A stretch of DNA of 63,916 nucleotides, filler included, from Octopus bimaculoides (GCF_001194135.2; 6 parts of 5 records of this genome joined end to end with filler, not necessarily neighbours in it), one strand, 5' to 3'. Counted from the whole stretch's first letter, positions 12,953 to 27,300 are shown. Program-made: numbers and translations. Notes: generated by a model from the sequence alone, not told the origin.

Positions 12953-13432
12953 GTGAGAGAGCAGCGTATGCCATCAAAGTGACACTGGGGTAAAATATAC
13001 CCATCATGACTACCCGTCTGATAAGGGTACACCAGGCACATGCATCACAACCATATGTGCGCGACATGGTGATCTCATATCAAGATTAACAGCGCATGAC
13101 CTTGCAGGTGGGGCCCAGTTAGAATTTTCTTCAGGTCGAGTAGCCCATTCCGCTCAAGAGGTCCCTGAATAAGGTTTATTTAAGGATGTTGAACAAAACA
13201 CCCATGTTTCCAAAGGTGAATTATCCAAACTCCAAAGAATTCCTCTCAACACATGGCTATGATGCTCCCCCCACTACTTCTGCTCATAATCAGAGATAAA
13301 CATATCGTCAGCCACCAAGGGACATGCTCAACTGATTAAGGTCAAACAACTGATAAGTAAATCTGTGGTATGGAACAGAATATTTGACGTAGAGCCCATC
13401 TTTTATACCAAGACAAAACAATGTACATGATA
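12952..13432. mobile_element. Dispersed non-coding repeat F (copy 1), flanked by (ATT)n
   Basis: High identity to 39316-39643 over about 330 bp; abuts a (TTA)n tract. Confidence 0.75.
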
Positions 13433-14230
13433 NNNNNNNNNNNNNNNNNNNNNNNNNNNNNNNNNNNNNNNNNNNNNNNNNNNNNNNNNNNNNNNNNNNN
13501 NNNNNNNNNNNNNNNNNNNNNNNNNNNNNNNNNNNNNNNNNNNNNNNNNNNNNNNNNNNNNNNNNNNNNNNNNNNNNNNNNNNNNNNNNNNNNNNNNNNN
13601 NNNNNNNNNNNNNNNNNNNNNNNNNNNNNNNNNNNNNNNNNNNNNNNNNNNNNNNNNNNNNNNNNNNNNNNNNNNNNNNNNNNNNNNNNNNNNNNNNNNN
13701 NNNNNNNNNNNNNNNNNNNNNNNNNNNNNNNNNNNNNNNNNNNNNNNNNNNNNNNNNNNNNNNNNNNNNNNNNNNNNNNNNNNNNNNNNNNNNNNNNNNN
13801 NNNNNNNNNNNNNNNNNNNNNNNNNNNNNNNNNNNNNNNNNNNNNNNNNNNNNNNNNNNNNNNNNNNNNNNNNNNNNNNNNNNNNNNNNNNNNNNNNNNN
13901 NNNNNNNNNNNNNNNNNNNNNNNNNNNNNNNNNNNNNNNNNNNNNNNNNNNNNNNGTAATGGCTGCCTCTTCCTTACAGAGCTTAATCTTTTATTGTACC
14001 TAAAAGGGCTCTTTCCTAGCCTAAGATCTTAAACGACTTTGGGGCCCTGAAAGGCATTTGAAGAGCTGATCACAAATATTGTGTGCATAGGAAGAGGAGG
14101 GGGAGGAGACCCCCCTTCGGTCATGACTGACCCTGGGATTGCACCTAGGAAGTTACCCTCCCAGGCACAAGTCCAGGCAAGGTTGTTTATGGAAGAGCAG
14201 CAGTCGCCCATGCATACCGGTCTCCTCTCT

Positions 14231-14307
14231 CCAAGCCACCAGTGTTATCCAAGCCACCAGTGTTATCCAAGCCACCAGTGTTATCCAAGCCACCAGTGTT
14301 ATCCAAG
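14231..14307. repeat. 18-bp tandem repeat x4 inside a SINE C copy
   Basis: (ccaagccaccagtgttat)x4. Confidence 0.95.
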
Positions 14308-16055
14308 GGAAAGGCAAAGGCCGATACAGCTTGGCACCAGTGATGTTGCAACTCATTTCTACAGCTGAGTGAATGGGAACAATGTGAAATAAAGTGTCTT
14401 GCTCAAGAACACAACATAGCCCCAGTCTGGGAATCGAACTCACTACCTCGTGATTGTGGGCAGGATACTGAAGCCACTGAGCTATACACCTTCGCAAATA
14501 ATTACATTTTGTTAAATAATAGGTGTGGCCATGTGAATTTCTGTTTGATCTTCAAATATTGCATAGTCAGTTGCAGGTAACGTCAATCTAGTCTTCCAAC
14601 ATTAAAAAAAAGACACTCCTACATCTGCTCCAGATTATTTTAGTCTCATAAGTTTGCTTTCCAATCACATGGTTTTGGGTTCAGTCCCACTGCATGGCAC
14701 CTTAGGCAAGTGTCTTCTACAATAGCTCTGAGCCAAGCAAAGCCTTATGGGTTGATTTAGTGGAGATTTTTTAAGCCATCTTGGGGTAAAAAAAAAAGGT
14801 GTCTTATAGGCCAACAAATACGGTATGTGTATATATATATTTATGTGTGTGTGTTTGTCCCTCCCCTACCATCGCTTGGCAACCTATGTTGGTGTGTTTA
14901 CATCTCCATAACTTGGCAGAAAAGACCGATAGAATAAGCACCAGGATTACAAAGACTAAGTCCAGGAATCAATCTCTTTGACTAAAAGGTGGTGCTCCAG
15001 CAAGGCCACAGTCAAATGACTGAAACAAGTTAAAAAGTAAAAGAGATATGTCAAGTTTTATTGAGACAACAGGACTTGCAGAAAATACCAATTCTATTTT
15101 TTTGGTAGACATTTAACATCATTCTTGGAATAACCTTGAAATTTAATTTCGCAGTAGAAGGGTTAAATAAAATTGTCTGTGTTGTGTACTTGATTATTGA
15201 ATGACTCTGCATATGTGTGTGTTTTGTGTGTTTGTGTCTGTGTAGTATGATGTAGAGAGCAAAATAGAAGGAGTAAGAGAGAGCAAGTGAGGGAGAGAGA
15301 GAGAGTCAGAGTGTGTGTTTCCTTTTGAATCCTGTTCAGATGTGTTTGAAAATAGTTCAGAGCTGAGACAAGGTTGGCATGTTTCCTAAAGACACCTTAC
15401 ATGCTGTTTGTACTGGCTTCTTTCCTAATGACAACTGATGCACTGCTTGTACAAACCGGTCACCAAGAGCCTCTAAGACGGGGTCGTTCAACCTGTAAGA
15501 AGCAGCAGTTTACTTTCCTCATGCTTGCATCAGTCAGACGGGATTTCTTCGGGCGAGTTTTTCTACAGCAAGATGCCCTTTCTCTTTCCAAGCAAAGGTC
15601 ATTTCTCGCTCTGTGGCCCAGACATGTTCTTCACAGAAGACTGGAAGTGAACAGCATGGCTTGCATAACAGTAATGTTCGTTTACAGCCATCATGTGACA
15701 TCAAGACAAAGATACACACACACACATACCAAAATAATAAGCAGCAAAACAGGTGTGGTATTCACACATGCATATATATATATATATTCACACACGCATA
15801 TATATATATGCATACAAGATGGATGTGAACACCGATGTTGAATTTGGCAGGCTTGATAATTGATAAGGGATTTCTCTCTCCGCATGAAACCAATGGTAGC
15901 CTTAACCCATTAATTGCGAATTTTTATTCACCAATGCACTGTTGAGCTCCCTTTCTGATTGTTCAATATTAATGTATACACACACGCACCCATACAAATA
16001 TGTATACACACACATATGGATGTGTATGTATATATATATATATATATATATGCAT

Positions 16056-16086
<31 letters not shown>

Positions 16087-16494
16087 CCTACACACATATA
16101 CACACACATATATACACACACACATATATATGTATGTATATGTTGAGACTATATTATACTCCCTGGAATGTAAGTGTGATAGCCTTGTGGATTATGTATT
16201 GGAGTAATTGGTCCCAAGTTCAAACCAGCTCCCAGTATTTGTATTACATACAGTAACATAAGCCAAACAATGAAAACACACACACACACACACATACACA
16301 TGCAATAATATCACTTTCCTAGATAATTTATGTATTCCTCGTTCTTGTAAACAGCCATGACATAAAAACATTGCCTGGAAAAGGTCAGCCATGGATTATA
16401 TTGACACCATTCTGGTGGTGTTTGAAAGAAATCAAATATGAAAACAAAAACTTGAAACAAAAACGGTTTCTTTCAAAAGGGTTTGAAGATCTTT

Positions 16495-16690
16495 TATTCT
16501 TTTACTTGTTTCAGTCATTTGTCTGCGGCCATGCTGGAGCACCGCCTTTTACTCGAGCAAATCGACCCCAGGACTTATTCTTTGGAAGCCTAGTACTTGT
16601 TCTATCGGTCTCTTTTGCCGAACCGCTAAGTTACGAGAATGTAAACATACTACCATCGGTTTTCAAGCGATGCTGGGGGGACAAACACAG

Positions 16691-16733
<43 letters not shown>

Positions 16734-16898
16734 TACGACAGGCTTCTTTCAGTTTCCGTCTACCAAATCCACTCACAAGGCTTTGGTCAGCCCAAGGCTA
16801 TAGTAGAAGACACTTCCCCAAGGTGCCAGGCAGTGGGAATGAACCCGGGACCATGTGGTTGGTAGGCAAACTACTTACCACACAGCTACTCCTGCGCC
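16495..16898 (-). mobile_element. SINE family A (tRNA head + CORE-like block + internal TA/TG microsatellite), full length
   Basis: Head ggcgcaggagtagctgtgtggtaag with A/B-box-like motifs, ccttgggcaagtgtcttct CORE-like block, and tail gactgaaacaagtaaaag. Confidence 0.85.
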
Positions 16899-17399
16899 TA
16901 TGAAAATTTTTCAGGTTAAACAAGTTTGGAAAATGGGACCTGTATACTTCATGTTCGTCAGTCAAAGTGATAAGGAGTGTTTAGTCATCTGATGGTGAGT
17001 AAAGACTGATGACTTGTGGCGGTGACTTTGTTTAAAGTGAAGAGGAGTTATGCACCATCAACTTCACTTTCTTGTCCATGATCTGCTGAGGTCGACTTTG
17101 CGTTTCATCCTTTCAGGGGTCGATAAATTAAGTATCAGTTGCATACTGGTTTGATCTAATTGACTGGCTCCCTCCCCAAAAATTTTGGGCCTTGTGCCTA
17201 GAGTAGAAAATAATAGTAACTGAGAAGTGGTCCCATATTCCTCAAAAAAAAAAAAAAAAAGAAAAAGCTGGAATTCCTGAACTAGGGCCCCTTCTACTGG
17301 ATACAGTTTAAAGTTGTATTTAGGATGATGGTGATTATGGCTAGAATGTCGTTTGAGGAATGTTGAACCTACTAACATAAAAGAAGCATGGCCATCAAA

Positions 17400-17700
17400 A
17401 CCAGGAAATAATTATTAAACTGTTATTTATGGTGAATTCTATGGAACAGAATCATAGACACAAACAAAAGTAGAATGAAATGGAAGCCGTGCCAACATGG
17501 AAGCTGGGCATTAAATGAGAGTGATTATGTTGATGATGATCATTAATAGTCTTTGAGATGTAGGCATAAAGAAAACTTCTGAGAATATCATGGACGGAAC
17601 ACAAAACTAAGAATGGCAAAACAAAGAATATTTTATCAGACACCATTAAAGAGAGAAAATTCAAATATTTTGGACATTTAATCAGAAAGAATAAAAAGAT
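17400..17700 (+). mobile_element. RTE/BovB-like LINE fragment
   Basis: FEM*A*RKLLRISWTEHKT...TIKERKFKYFGHLIRK. Confidence 0.75.
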
Positions 17701-17707
17701 GAATTAT

Positions 17708-18006
17708 GGCGCAGGAGTGGCTGTGTGGTAAGTAGCTTGCTTACCAACCACATGGTTCCAGGTTCAGTCCCACTGCGTGGCATCTTGGGCAAGTGTCTTC
17801 TACTATAGCCTCGGGCCGACCAAAGCCTTGTGAGTGGATTTGATAGACGGAAACTGAAAGAAGCCCGTCATATATATGCATATATATATATGTGTGTCTG
17901 TGTTTGTCCCCCTAGAATTGCTTGACAACCGATGCTGGTGTGTTTATGTCCCTGTCACTTAGAGGTTCAGCAAAAGAGACCGATAGAATAAGTACTAGAC
18001 TTACAA
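17708..18006 (+). mobile_element. SINE family A, 3'-truncated; other copies or fragments at 2592-3185, 7050-7260, 10761-11035, 14655-15045, 22893-23270, 25525-25670 (+) and 42905-43230, 49320-49520, 59120-59700 (-)
   Basis: Shared gtgagtggatttggtagacggaaactgaaagaagcccgtcg and ggtgctccagcatggccgcagtc blocks. Confidence 0.85.
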
Positions 18007-18592
18007 AGTCTATCTGTTGTCCTATGTGCTCGTTCCGTTGTCTGTAGTTCATTGTTCTAATGTCCTGTACCCTGATATGCATCTATATACACATGTAGAT
18101 GTAAGTATGTACATATATGTGTGTATACATGCATATATATTCTTTGTATTATATATATATATATATANNNNNNNNNNNNNNNNNNNNNNNNNNNNNNNNN
18201 NNNNNNNNNNNTTAATTAATTAANNNNNNNNNNNNNNNNNNNNNNNNNNNNNNNNNNNNNNNNNNNNATATATATATATATATATACTATATACTATATA
18301 CTATAGACAAGTTCTGCAATTCAGCTCTGCAGATGCGAACGCTATTTCTTGAGCTCGAACGAGGTTAACCAAAACTTGATATAAAATGACAATTGAAAAG
18401 AATATGAAGAGAAGATGACAAATTATCTTAAGATTCCAAGTTGAAAATGTACAAATATAGTATATATTGAAATACAGAAGGGTTGTCACAGCTAAGGTTA
18501 TTCTATACCAGCCCACTAAACAAAAGATCAATATCATTTCTATGATTTCATGCCATCGAAAAATTACCTTGAATTTTTTAGTGGCGTAGCTC

Positions 18593-18710
18593 GTCTGATG
18601 AGCTATGTTTCATGAGGCCCGCCTGGTGAGCTATGTTTCATGAGGTTCGCCTGATAATGAGCCGTATCTCATGCGGTCCACCTAATGATGGGCTATGTCG
18701 CATGCAGCCC
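18593..18710. repeat. 28-31-bp degenerate minisatellite x4
   Basis: gtctgatgagctatgtttcatgaggccc / gcctggtgagctatgtttcatgaggttc and two more diverged units. Confidence 0.8.
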
Positions 18711-20616
18711 TCTTTTCGGGAAAATTTACCTGTGACCCTTTTCTTTCGGAGACACAGGAAGTTTAAGCAAGACCTCTTCTTAACTGCATTTAATTTCAAG
18801 AAATTTAGAATAGTTGATATTAATGGAGTTATCTGCCCTACTTGCTTTCAGATTTCAAATATTCTTAGGAGGTGTTTTAGTTTTCTAATTACAAAATTGA
18901 TCTCAAGAAATCGAAGTTTTTCAATTCATATTATATTTTAATGACTCCATCACACACAAAGCATAGCATTGCTAACTAGCTAATAGATAGAGAGATAGAG
19001 AGAGGGGAGAGAGAGAGAGATACAGACAGNNNNNNNNNNNNNNNNNNNNNNNNNNNNNNNNNNNNNNNNNNNNNNNNNNNNNNNNNNNNNNNNNNNNNNN
19101 NNNNNNNNNNNNNNNNNNNNNNNNNNNNNNNNNNNNNNNNNNNNNNNNNNNNNNNNNNNNNNNNNNNNNNNNNNNNNNNNNNNNNNNNNNNNNNNNNNNN
19201 NNNNNNNNNNNNNNNNNNNNNNNNNNNNNNNNNNNNNNNNNNNNNNNNNNNNNNNNNNNNNNNNNNNNNNNNNNNNNNNNNNNNNNNNNNNNNNNNNNNN
19301 NNNNNNNNNNNNNNNNNNNNNNNNNNNNNNNNNNNNNNNNNNNNNNNNNNNNNNNNNNNNNNNNNNNNNNNNNNNNNNNNNNNNNNNNNNNNNNNNNNNN
19401 NNNNNNNNNNNNNNNNNNNNNNNNNNNNNNNNNNNNNNNNNNNNNNNNNNNNNNNNNNNNNNNNNNNNNNNNNNNNNNNNNNNNNNNNNNNNNNNNNNNN
19501 NNNNNNNNNNNNNNNNNNNNNNNNNNNNNNNNNNNNNNNNNNNNNNNNNNNNNNNNNNNNNNNNNNNNNNNNNNNNNNNNNNNNNNNNNNNNNNNNNNNN
19601 NNNNNNNNNNNNNNNNNNNNNNNNNNNNNNNNNNNNNNNNNNNNNNNNNNNNNNNNNNNNNNNNNNNNNNNNNNNNNNNNNNNNNNNNNNNNNNNNNNNN
19701 NNNNNNNNNNNNNNNNNNNNNNNNNNNNNNNNNNNNNNNNNNNNNNNNNNNNNNNNNNNNNNNNNNNNNNNNNNNNNNNNNNNNNNNNNNNNNNNNNNNN
19801 NNNNNNNNNNNNNNNNNNNNNNNNNNNNNNNNNNNNNNNNNNNNNNNNNNNNNNNNNNNNNNNNNNNNNNNNNNCCTTTGAAAACAAAAGGCATTGATTT
19901 TTAGAATAGATTACTTTGATTTGGGGCAGAACAGCGAAGAAAAGATAAGTAAATCAAGAACTTTAGCGTGGATGCACATGAATGAATAACTTTTTGCATT
20001 AATTTATGCATTAATTTATGGATGAGAAATACATAAATATCTATTTAAAATACACCTCTTCCTCTTCTCTTTCTTCCTCTTTTCTCTCTCTCTCTCTCTC
20101 TCTCTCCATATTTCTCATGTTTTCCTTTATCAATATATCTTTATTATACATAGCTGCAAAAACATTAGATATGCATACACTGAGCTATATATATATAGTA
20201 TGTGTAAACACACCAGTGCACATACACTTTCAAATATTGTAATAAACATGCGCGCGCGCGCGCACACACACATACACACACGCACGCACGCACACACGCA
20301 CATACACACACAAATGCTTGTGCGTGTAAGGTAAAGTACTGACAGAAGCAGAAGGCCAGGAATTTGGGGAGAGGTCACAGTTGATGGTATCGACTCCACT
20401 ATTCAAATGGTACTTTATTTTCAATAAATTTAATTTTTATAAATGGCAAGGATGATTGTGCTGAGATTTGAACTCAGAACGTAAAGTACTGTAACTGAAT
20501 ACCACAAGGTAGATTGGCCATCACTCTGCCCTGATTCGAGTTATCAAAAAGCAATTAAAACATATTTCACTGTAATTACTCCCGATTTTTGCGGTGTCGA
20601 TTTTCGACCTCTCCCC

Positions 20617-20691
<75 letters not shown>

Positions 20692-21040
20692 TCTCTCTCT
20701 ATCTATCTATCTCTGACCCTCTCTCTCTCTCTCCCTCTCTCTCTGTTATTAAGTATTACTCTGGACCGCTTCATGAGACAAGTCAAACACGTACGTACAT
20801 ACACACATACATACATACATACATACATACATACATACATACATACATACATAGATAAGTAGATGCATAGGTAAGTACGTACATACATGTATACACAAAT
20901 AAATATGTTGAAATAGATACAAATACACGTATACACATGTATGTAAAGGTATACGGACTCATACAAATATACCGACAGACGTTCGTACATCTGAATGTCC
21001 ATATATGTATATGTACACATACATACGCTCACAAAAACTA

Positions 21041-21086
<46 letters not shown>

Positions 21087-21335
21087 ATACACATACCCGC
21101 GCGCACATACATACATATACGTACACACGCACACAGATACGCATACGCTCATGCTGTTGCATGCCAAAAGTTGTTTGGTCGTTATGTAACATAACCTCAG
21201 CGAAAGATAAGATAAAGAACGACTGGTTGTTTGTACGACACGTGTCTCTTGCCCTCGGACCTTTCCTTCTGGGCTGAGTCTGATACGAAGAAAAACCATT
21301 CAGATGTCTTTTAGATTACTTGTGCTTCCTTTATA

Positions 21336-21430
<95 letters not shown>

Positions 21431-22074
21431 CATACGCACGCATATATTTATACACAAACGCATTTATACATCCAAGCATTCACACATATATTTACGTTTG
21501 AAAACTAAATATATGAAGTTTGAAGACTAAATATATACAGATTAAAGGAACCAGCTGTCTATGTTACTAAATAGAGTCAAACAACAACAACAACAACAAC
21601 AGTAGCAGCAGCAGCAGCACCAACAACAACAAATCATACACAAAATGGTTTCAGTTAAAAAAAACTCACAGAATACACACGCCACATCAGGCCTTTTCAT
21701 ACTTTTTAATCGTCCCACACATTACACAGGTTTCTTTTAAAGAAATTTGTCACAACACCTCCACCACCATACAGACAAACGCACACATTTGGTTGGTCTT
21801 CTCTGTTTGAAGGAAATTCCACATCATTTTCAGTAAATTTAAGGCGACAGACAGGTAAAATTGTTACGATGCCGAATAAATTGCTTAACGGTATTAATCC
21901 TGGTTTTCACATTGTAAGTTTGACTGCCTTTCATCCTCCATTTGGGGTAGATAAATTGAATAACAATTGAGCACTGTAGTCGATGTAATTGTCTCCTCAT
22001 TCCCTCAAAATTATTGGCCTTATACGCAAGTTAGAAAGGATTATTTTCGGTAAAATTAAACATTGGCGATTTTC

Positions 22075-22750
22075 TCTGTGAAAGACTAGATAGACACTTG
22101 ATTCTTGTCCAGGGAGCCTTCACACTCCTGCTCTCAATAGAATTTTGATGAACTTAGATTCCATTTGCGAATAGAGAATTATTAAATAATAAAGTGGACG
22201 GATGTTAATAAAATTAATCATTTTAATTGCATCTTCTAACACCTTCAGAACTGCAGACATTTCTTTAAACACTAAAATCTCTTGATGAATCATACAATGA
22301 GTGAAAGCATTAGGATTTTTGTTTACAGATTTGATTTTAACTTGAAATGCAATTATCCTTCCTGTCATAGCTGTTGTACCATCAGTACATGTTCTAGTAC
22401 AGTTATTCCGCATTCAAATCTCTGAAGAAATCGTTTACACTTTGAAAAATATTTCCACATACCATACGTTCATCTAAAGATCAACAGAACTACAAGTCCT
22501 CTTGAACTAAGTTTGAAATGTCGGCCATTTCATCCAATAGACTTGCAAATTTAGTGGGTTTAAAATTTTTTTTACTTCTTCCAATAAATTTCTCCAATTG
22601 ATCCTCGTTAATTTCTGAACTACGACCACCAACAGTATTACTTGACAAAGGAACTCTTCTCAATTCATTTGCATATTTTCTCCTTGAACAATTACAGCTA
22701 TCGTAATCACTTCAGGTAACACAGGTTCTTCACCGATACAGCATGTTCTT
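22075..22750 (-). mobile_element. hAT (Buster/Charlie-type) transposase relic
   Basis: CTDGTTAMTG...THCMIHQE...KVLEDAIKMINFI (DG catalytic and CxxH motifs); upstream fragments GEEPVLP and KFASLLDEMADIS; frameshifted. Confidence 0.85.
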
Positions 22751-24649
22751 GTTTTTTTGGTTTTTTTTTAGTTTTTGCAATTAAATAAACAGCTTCGAAA
22801 TATGCCCTTAAGTATTTCACTATATCTAAAGTGGGAATATATGTTCCGCAGGAGATTCTGTTAGCTTTTCAAAAAATTATATATATATTTAGGTGCAGGC
22901 GTGACTGCGTAGTACGAAGCTTGCTTCCCAAGCACATGGTTCCGGGTTCAGTTCACTGCGTGACACCTTGAGCAGGTGTCTACTCTTATAGCCTGGGACA
23001 GACCAAAACTTTTCCAGTGGATTTAGTGGACGGAAACTGAAATGTGGTGGGGGTGAAAGAGAGAGAGATAGAGAGAGAGTTTTCCCCCACCACCAATGAC
23101 AACCGGTGTGGGTGTGTTTTCGTCCCCGTAACTTCGTGGTTCGGCAAAGCACACCGACAGAAAAGTATCAGGATTTAAAAAGTAAGTACTGGGATCGACT
23201 CCTTTGACTGAAAATTCTTGAAGGCGATCCCTCAGCTTGGCTGCAGTCTGATGACTGAAGTAAGAAAAAGATAACGTGACACTCCGTCACTTCCGATCAA
23301 CGGAACAGCCTGCTGGTGAAATTAACGCGTAAATGGCCGAGTACTCCACAGACTCGCGTACCCTTAACGTAGTTCTCGGGGGAGATTCAGCGTGACACTG
23401 AGTGTGACAAGGCTGGCCCTTTGAAATACAGGTGCAACAGGAACAAGGAGTGAGAGAAAGTGGTGGTGAAACAATACAGCAGGGTTCGCCACCACCCTCT
23501 ACCGGAGCCTTGTGGAGATTTAGGTGCTTTCGCTCAATAAACACTCACAACGCCCGGTCTGGGAATCGAAACCGCGATCCTACGACCGCGAGTCCGCTGC
23601 CCTAACCACTGGGTCATTGCGCCTCCATGTAAAAGATACTGTTACTACTATCACCACTACTGTTACTACTATCACACTACTGTTACTACTACCACACTAC
23701 TGTTACTACTACCACCACCACCACCATCATCACCACAGCTACTACTACCACTACCACTACCTCCACCACCACTGCCACTACAGCTACAGCTGCTCCCACC
23801 ACTACCACCACTATTACTATAACTACTACTACCACCACCACGATAACTATCACAACGAAAACCACTACCACCGCCACTTATTTCTCAACCAAAACAACTA
23901 CCCAACACAACAACATAAGACTACTATCACTACTACTACTGCTACAACTAATAATATTACCACAACGCTGTCACAACCATTAACACTACCCTCACCTTCG
24001 CGGCCATCACCACTGAAACCACTCCAACCACAACCTCCTCCATAACCGAAACCACGACAACAGCAACAAACACCACCACCACCACCACCACTACCACCCA
24101 CCACCACCATCATCATCATCATCATCCCCACCACCACCGCCATCACCATTAACCATTAGCAAAGCTTATTTCCAGATTAATGTTCCTGAAAGAAACACNN
24201 NNNNNNNNNNNNNNNNNNNNNNNNNNNNNNNNNNNNNNNNNNNNNNNNNNNNNNNNNNNNNNNNNNNNNNNNNNNNNNNNNNNNNNNNNNNNNNNNNNNN
24301 NNNNNNNNNNNNNNNNNNNNNNNNNNNNNNNNNNNNNNNNNNNNNNNNNNNNNNNNNNNNNNNNNNNNNNNNNNNNNNNNNNNNNNNNNNNNNNNNNNNN
24401 NNNNNNNNNNNNNNNNNNNNNNNNGGATGTAGGAGGGAGAATGGGGAGTTATTTGAGTTTGAGGTGTTAGGGATAAGGGTGGCGAGGACCTTGTTTCCCT
24501 TTTTGTACTTTTCAGTTGAATACCTCTCTCTAATGTGTCGTCTGATAGGGCCCTTTAAAACAGTGTGGGTGTGCCAGGCTCTGTGTGTGTGTGTGTGTGT
24601 GTGTTTGTGCGTGATTGTCATTATACACCATCACGACTAGCTGAGATAT

Positions 24650-24709
<60 letters not shown>

Positions 24710-25934
24710 TTACATACAGGGTTGCCCAAAAATCATGAATGGGTTTCAATTTTTTGGTAACTCCTTAAAGCTTTTGGACTCATAATCGTAAGATAGTGGT
24801 TTCGATTCCTGGACCGGGCGATGCGCTGTGTTCTTGAACAAATCATTTCATTTCATTTCACGTTGTTCCAGTCCGTTCAGCCGGCAAAATGAATAATTCT
24901 GCGACGAATCGGCGTCCCGTTCAAGTGGAGAATACATATTCCACGAAAACCGGGAAACCGGCCCTTATGAGTCTATATGACTCAAGAAAGATCTCTATCC
25001 TATCTAAATTGGTATATAGTCGTGTTTTCAATATACCAGAGGCCGTTCCTCATTTATACAAATACACGCACAGTCACACAAACACATACATGTATGTAGG
25101 TGTACATGCATGCGTTTGTGCATATAAATATAAGTACGCATGTATGCATATGTGTATATTTTTAAACGCATGTGATAATGGTGCCAGTGTGTGTTTTCAT
25201 GTATGTGTGTGCGCGTGTATTCTACAAAATACAAACTATAATTTCATACAAAACAGACCACAGTTGACCTTCCTGTGAGATGACGATCCGGCTATTTTTC
25301 ACTAAAACATTTGTTAACCAAAACAAAAGCTAACTTTTAGCTATTTTCATACCTCAGAGAACCTCTTTATTGCAAATTCCATTCCCAAATGGTATTCTTC
25401 AGACATTAGTTCTCCAAGATGTATTCTTCATTCATAAATTCAGCACATGTTCAAATGAATATTTCTGTATGAATCGCCTTTCCCAAAAATGTTATTCATA
25501 GACATCTGGAAAGATCCTAAAACTACGTCCCTGTAACTTAGCGATTCGACAAAAGAGAACGACAGAACACGTACTAGACCTTAAAAAAAGTACTGGAGTC
25601 GATTCGCTTGACTAAAACCTTTCAAGGCAGTGTTCCAGCCTGGCCGCAGTCTAATGACTAAAACAAGTAGATGACAAAAGATATACCCAATATACACTTT
25701 GAAATTCGAACTAATGAGGGAAGATGCCTGTAAGTAGTCCCTTGCTCTTCTAGAAATAGAAATTTACCACAAATTACAATGTAGTCCCTGATATATAGAA
25801 AGAAGGGATGATCACGCCTAAAACGTTTTTGATCACAGGTCTGATTAGTAAGGGTTGACATAGACAGTGGAGTAACTAGAATGTATGTTGCCAAGAGCCG
25901 CCCTTAAATTTGCCTGGCGTATGAGCCTATACAG

Positions 25935-26007
25935 CAGACATAAACAACCTTTTTCGAGAAGCGGGCCGCATAAGACATGGATCATGATCAGGTAAGCCCC
26001 ACTACAA

Positions 26008-26045
<38 letters not shown>

Positions 26046-26106
26046 TAATTTTTTCGTTAGGCATGCCATTCAGAATTTCCCGAGGGCCGCAGTTTGTCCA
26101 TGACTG
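25935..26106. mobile_element. hAT-type MITE with 8-bp target site duplication
   Basis: Perfect TSD CTATACAG (25927-25934 and 26107-26114); imperfect TIRs CAGACATAAACAAC / CAGTCATGGACAAAC; subterminal GGGCCGCA motifs. Confidence 0.75.
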
Positions 26107-26663
26107 CTATACAGGCTTCTACAACAAATCCGTAAGTGCTGCCCCCATAAAAGTGTCATCCGAGTCGGAACACTCTCTTGCTCAAAAAACACTCTCCAAG
26201 CTAAGTAACTGGACTTAGAGTTAAACAATATCACCAAAAACTACAAAACTGCATATATAACATTTCCCACAGCCATCAATATCTATAAAATCATTACGAC
26301 CGTACAACACTACATATATAAGCAATTCCTCTGAAACCAAACTAACAATTTGTCATATTTATATTTACGCAACGTTATCAATACACTTCCTCTCACCCTT
26401 ATCTTATAAACTCCTCCAACACTTAGAGACACACTAATACTTTCACAGACACCACAACTTCGCATTCCTCTACTAATAGCAAAAACTGTCCCAATCGTTA
26501 TGCATTACATCACAAACGTCTGTCTGGTGTATATTGTGATTTGTTACTTGAAGTATTTACCATACAATAAATAAATAAAAAATAAACTCAGTAGGGCTTT
26601 TTCTTCTACAGTTTTTCTATTTACTTATTAGTCGGCCTATCCATTTGTTTGCCCGTCTGTCTG

Positions 26664-26758
<95 letters not shown>

Positions 26759-27300
26759 NNNNNNNNNNNNNNNNNNNNNNNNNNNNNNNNNNNNNNNNNN
26801 NNNNNNNNNNNNNNNNNNNNNNNNNNNNNNNNNNNNNNNNNNNNNNNNNNNNNNNNNNNNNNNNNNNNNNNNNNNNNNNNNNNNNNNNNNNNNNNNNNNN
26901 NNNNNNNNNNNNNNNNNNNNNNNNNNNNNNNNNNNNNNNNNNNNNNNNNNNNNNNNNNNNNNNNNNNNNNNNNNNNNNNNNNNNNNNNNNNNNNNNNNNN
27001 NNNNNNNNNNNNNNNNNNNNNNNNNNNNNNNNNNNNNNNNNNNNNNNNNNNNNNNNNNNNNNNNNNNNNNNNNNNNNNNNNNNNNNNNNNNNNNNNNNNN
27101 NNNNNNNNNNNNNNNNNNNNNNNNNNNNNNNNNNNNNNNNNNNNNNNNNNNNNNNNNNNNNNNNNNNNNNNNNNNNNNNNNNNNNNNNNNNNNNNNNNNN
27201 NNNNNNNNNNNNNNNNNNNNNNNNNNNNNNNNNNNNNNCAGTGAATTCCCGATGTGTTTTAACTTGATTTTGTGGAATTCTCTTACGCTCCTTGGACTTC

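Noticed and set aside
14231-14307. CRISPR-like array
   Set aside because: Contiguous units with no spacers, in a eukaryotic context. No CRISPR array exists in the window.
15401-15492. Minus-strand exon-like segment (LNDPVLEALGDRFVQAVHQLSLGKKPVQTA) with good splice sites
   Set aside because: The + strand resembles the decayed RTE 3' UTR repeat (ctgg..ttcctaatgacaac...ggtcaccaag, compare 57530-57630), so it is probably chance. RNA-seq could rescue it.
24717-24760. Solo Tc1-like TIR starts (CAGGGTTGCCC at 24717; CAGGGTGTTC near 60544)
   Set aside because: No partner TIR or coding relic found, so they are too short to call.
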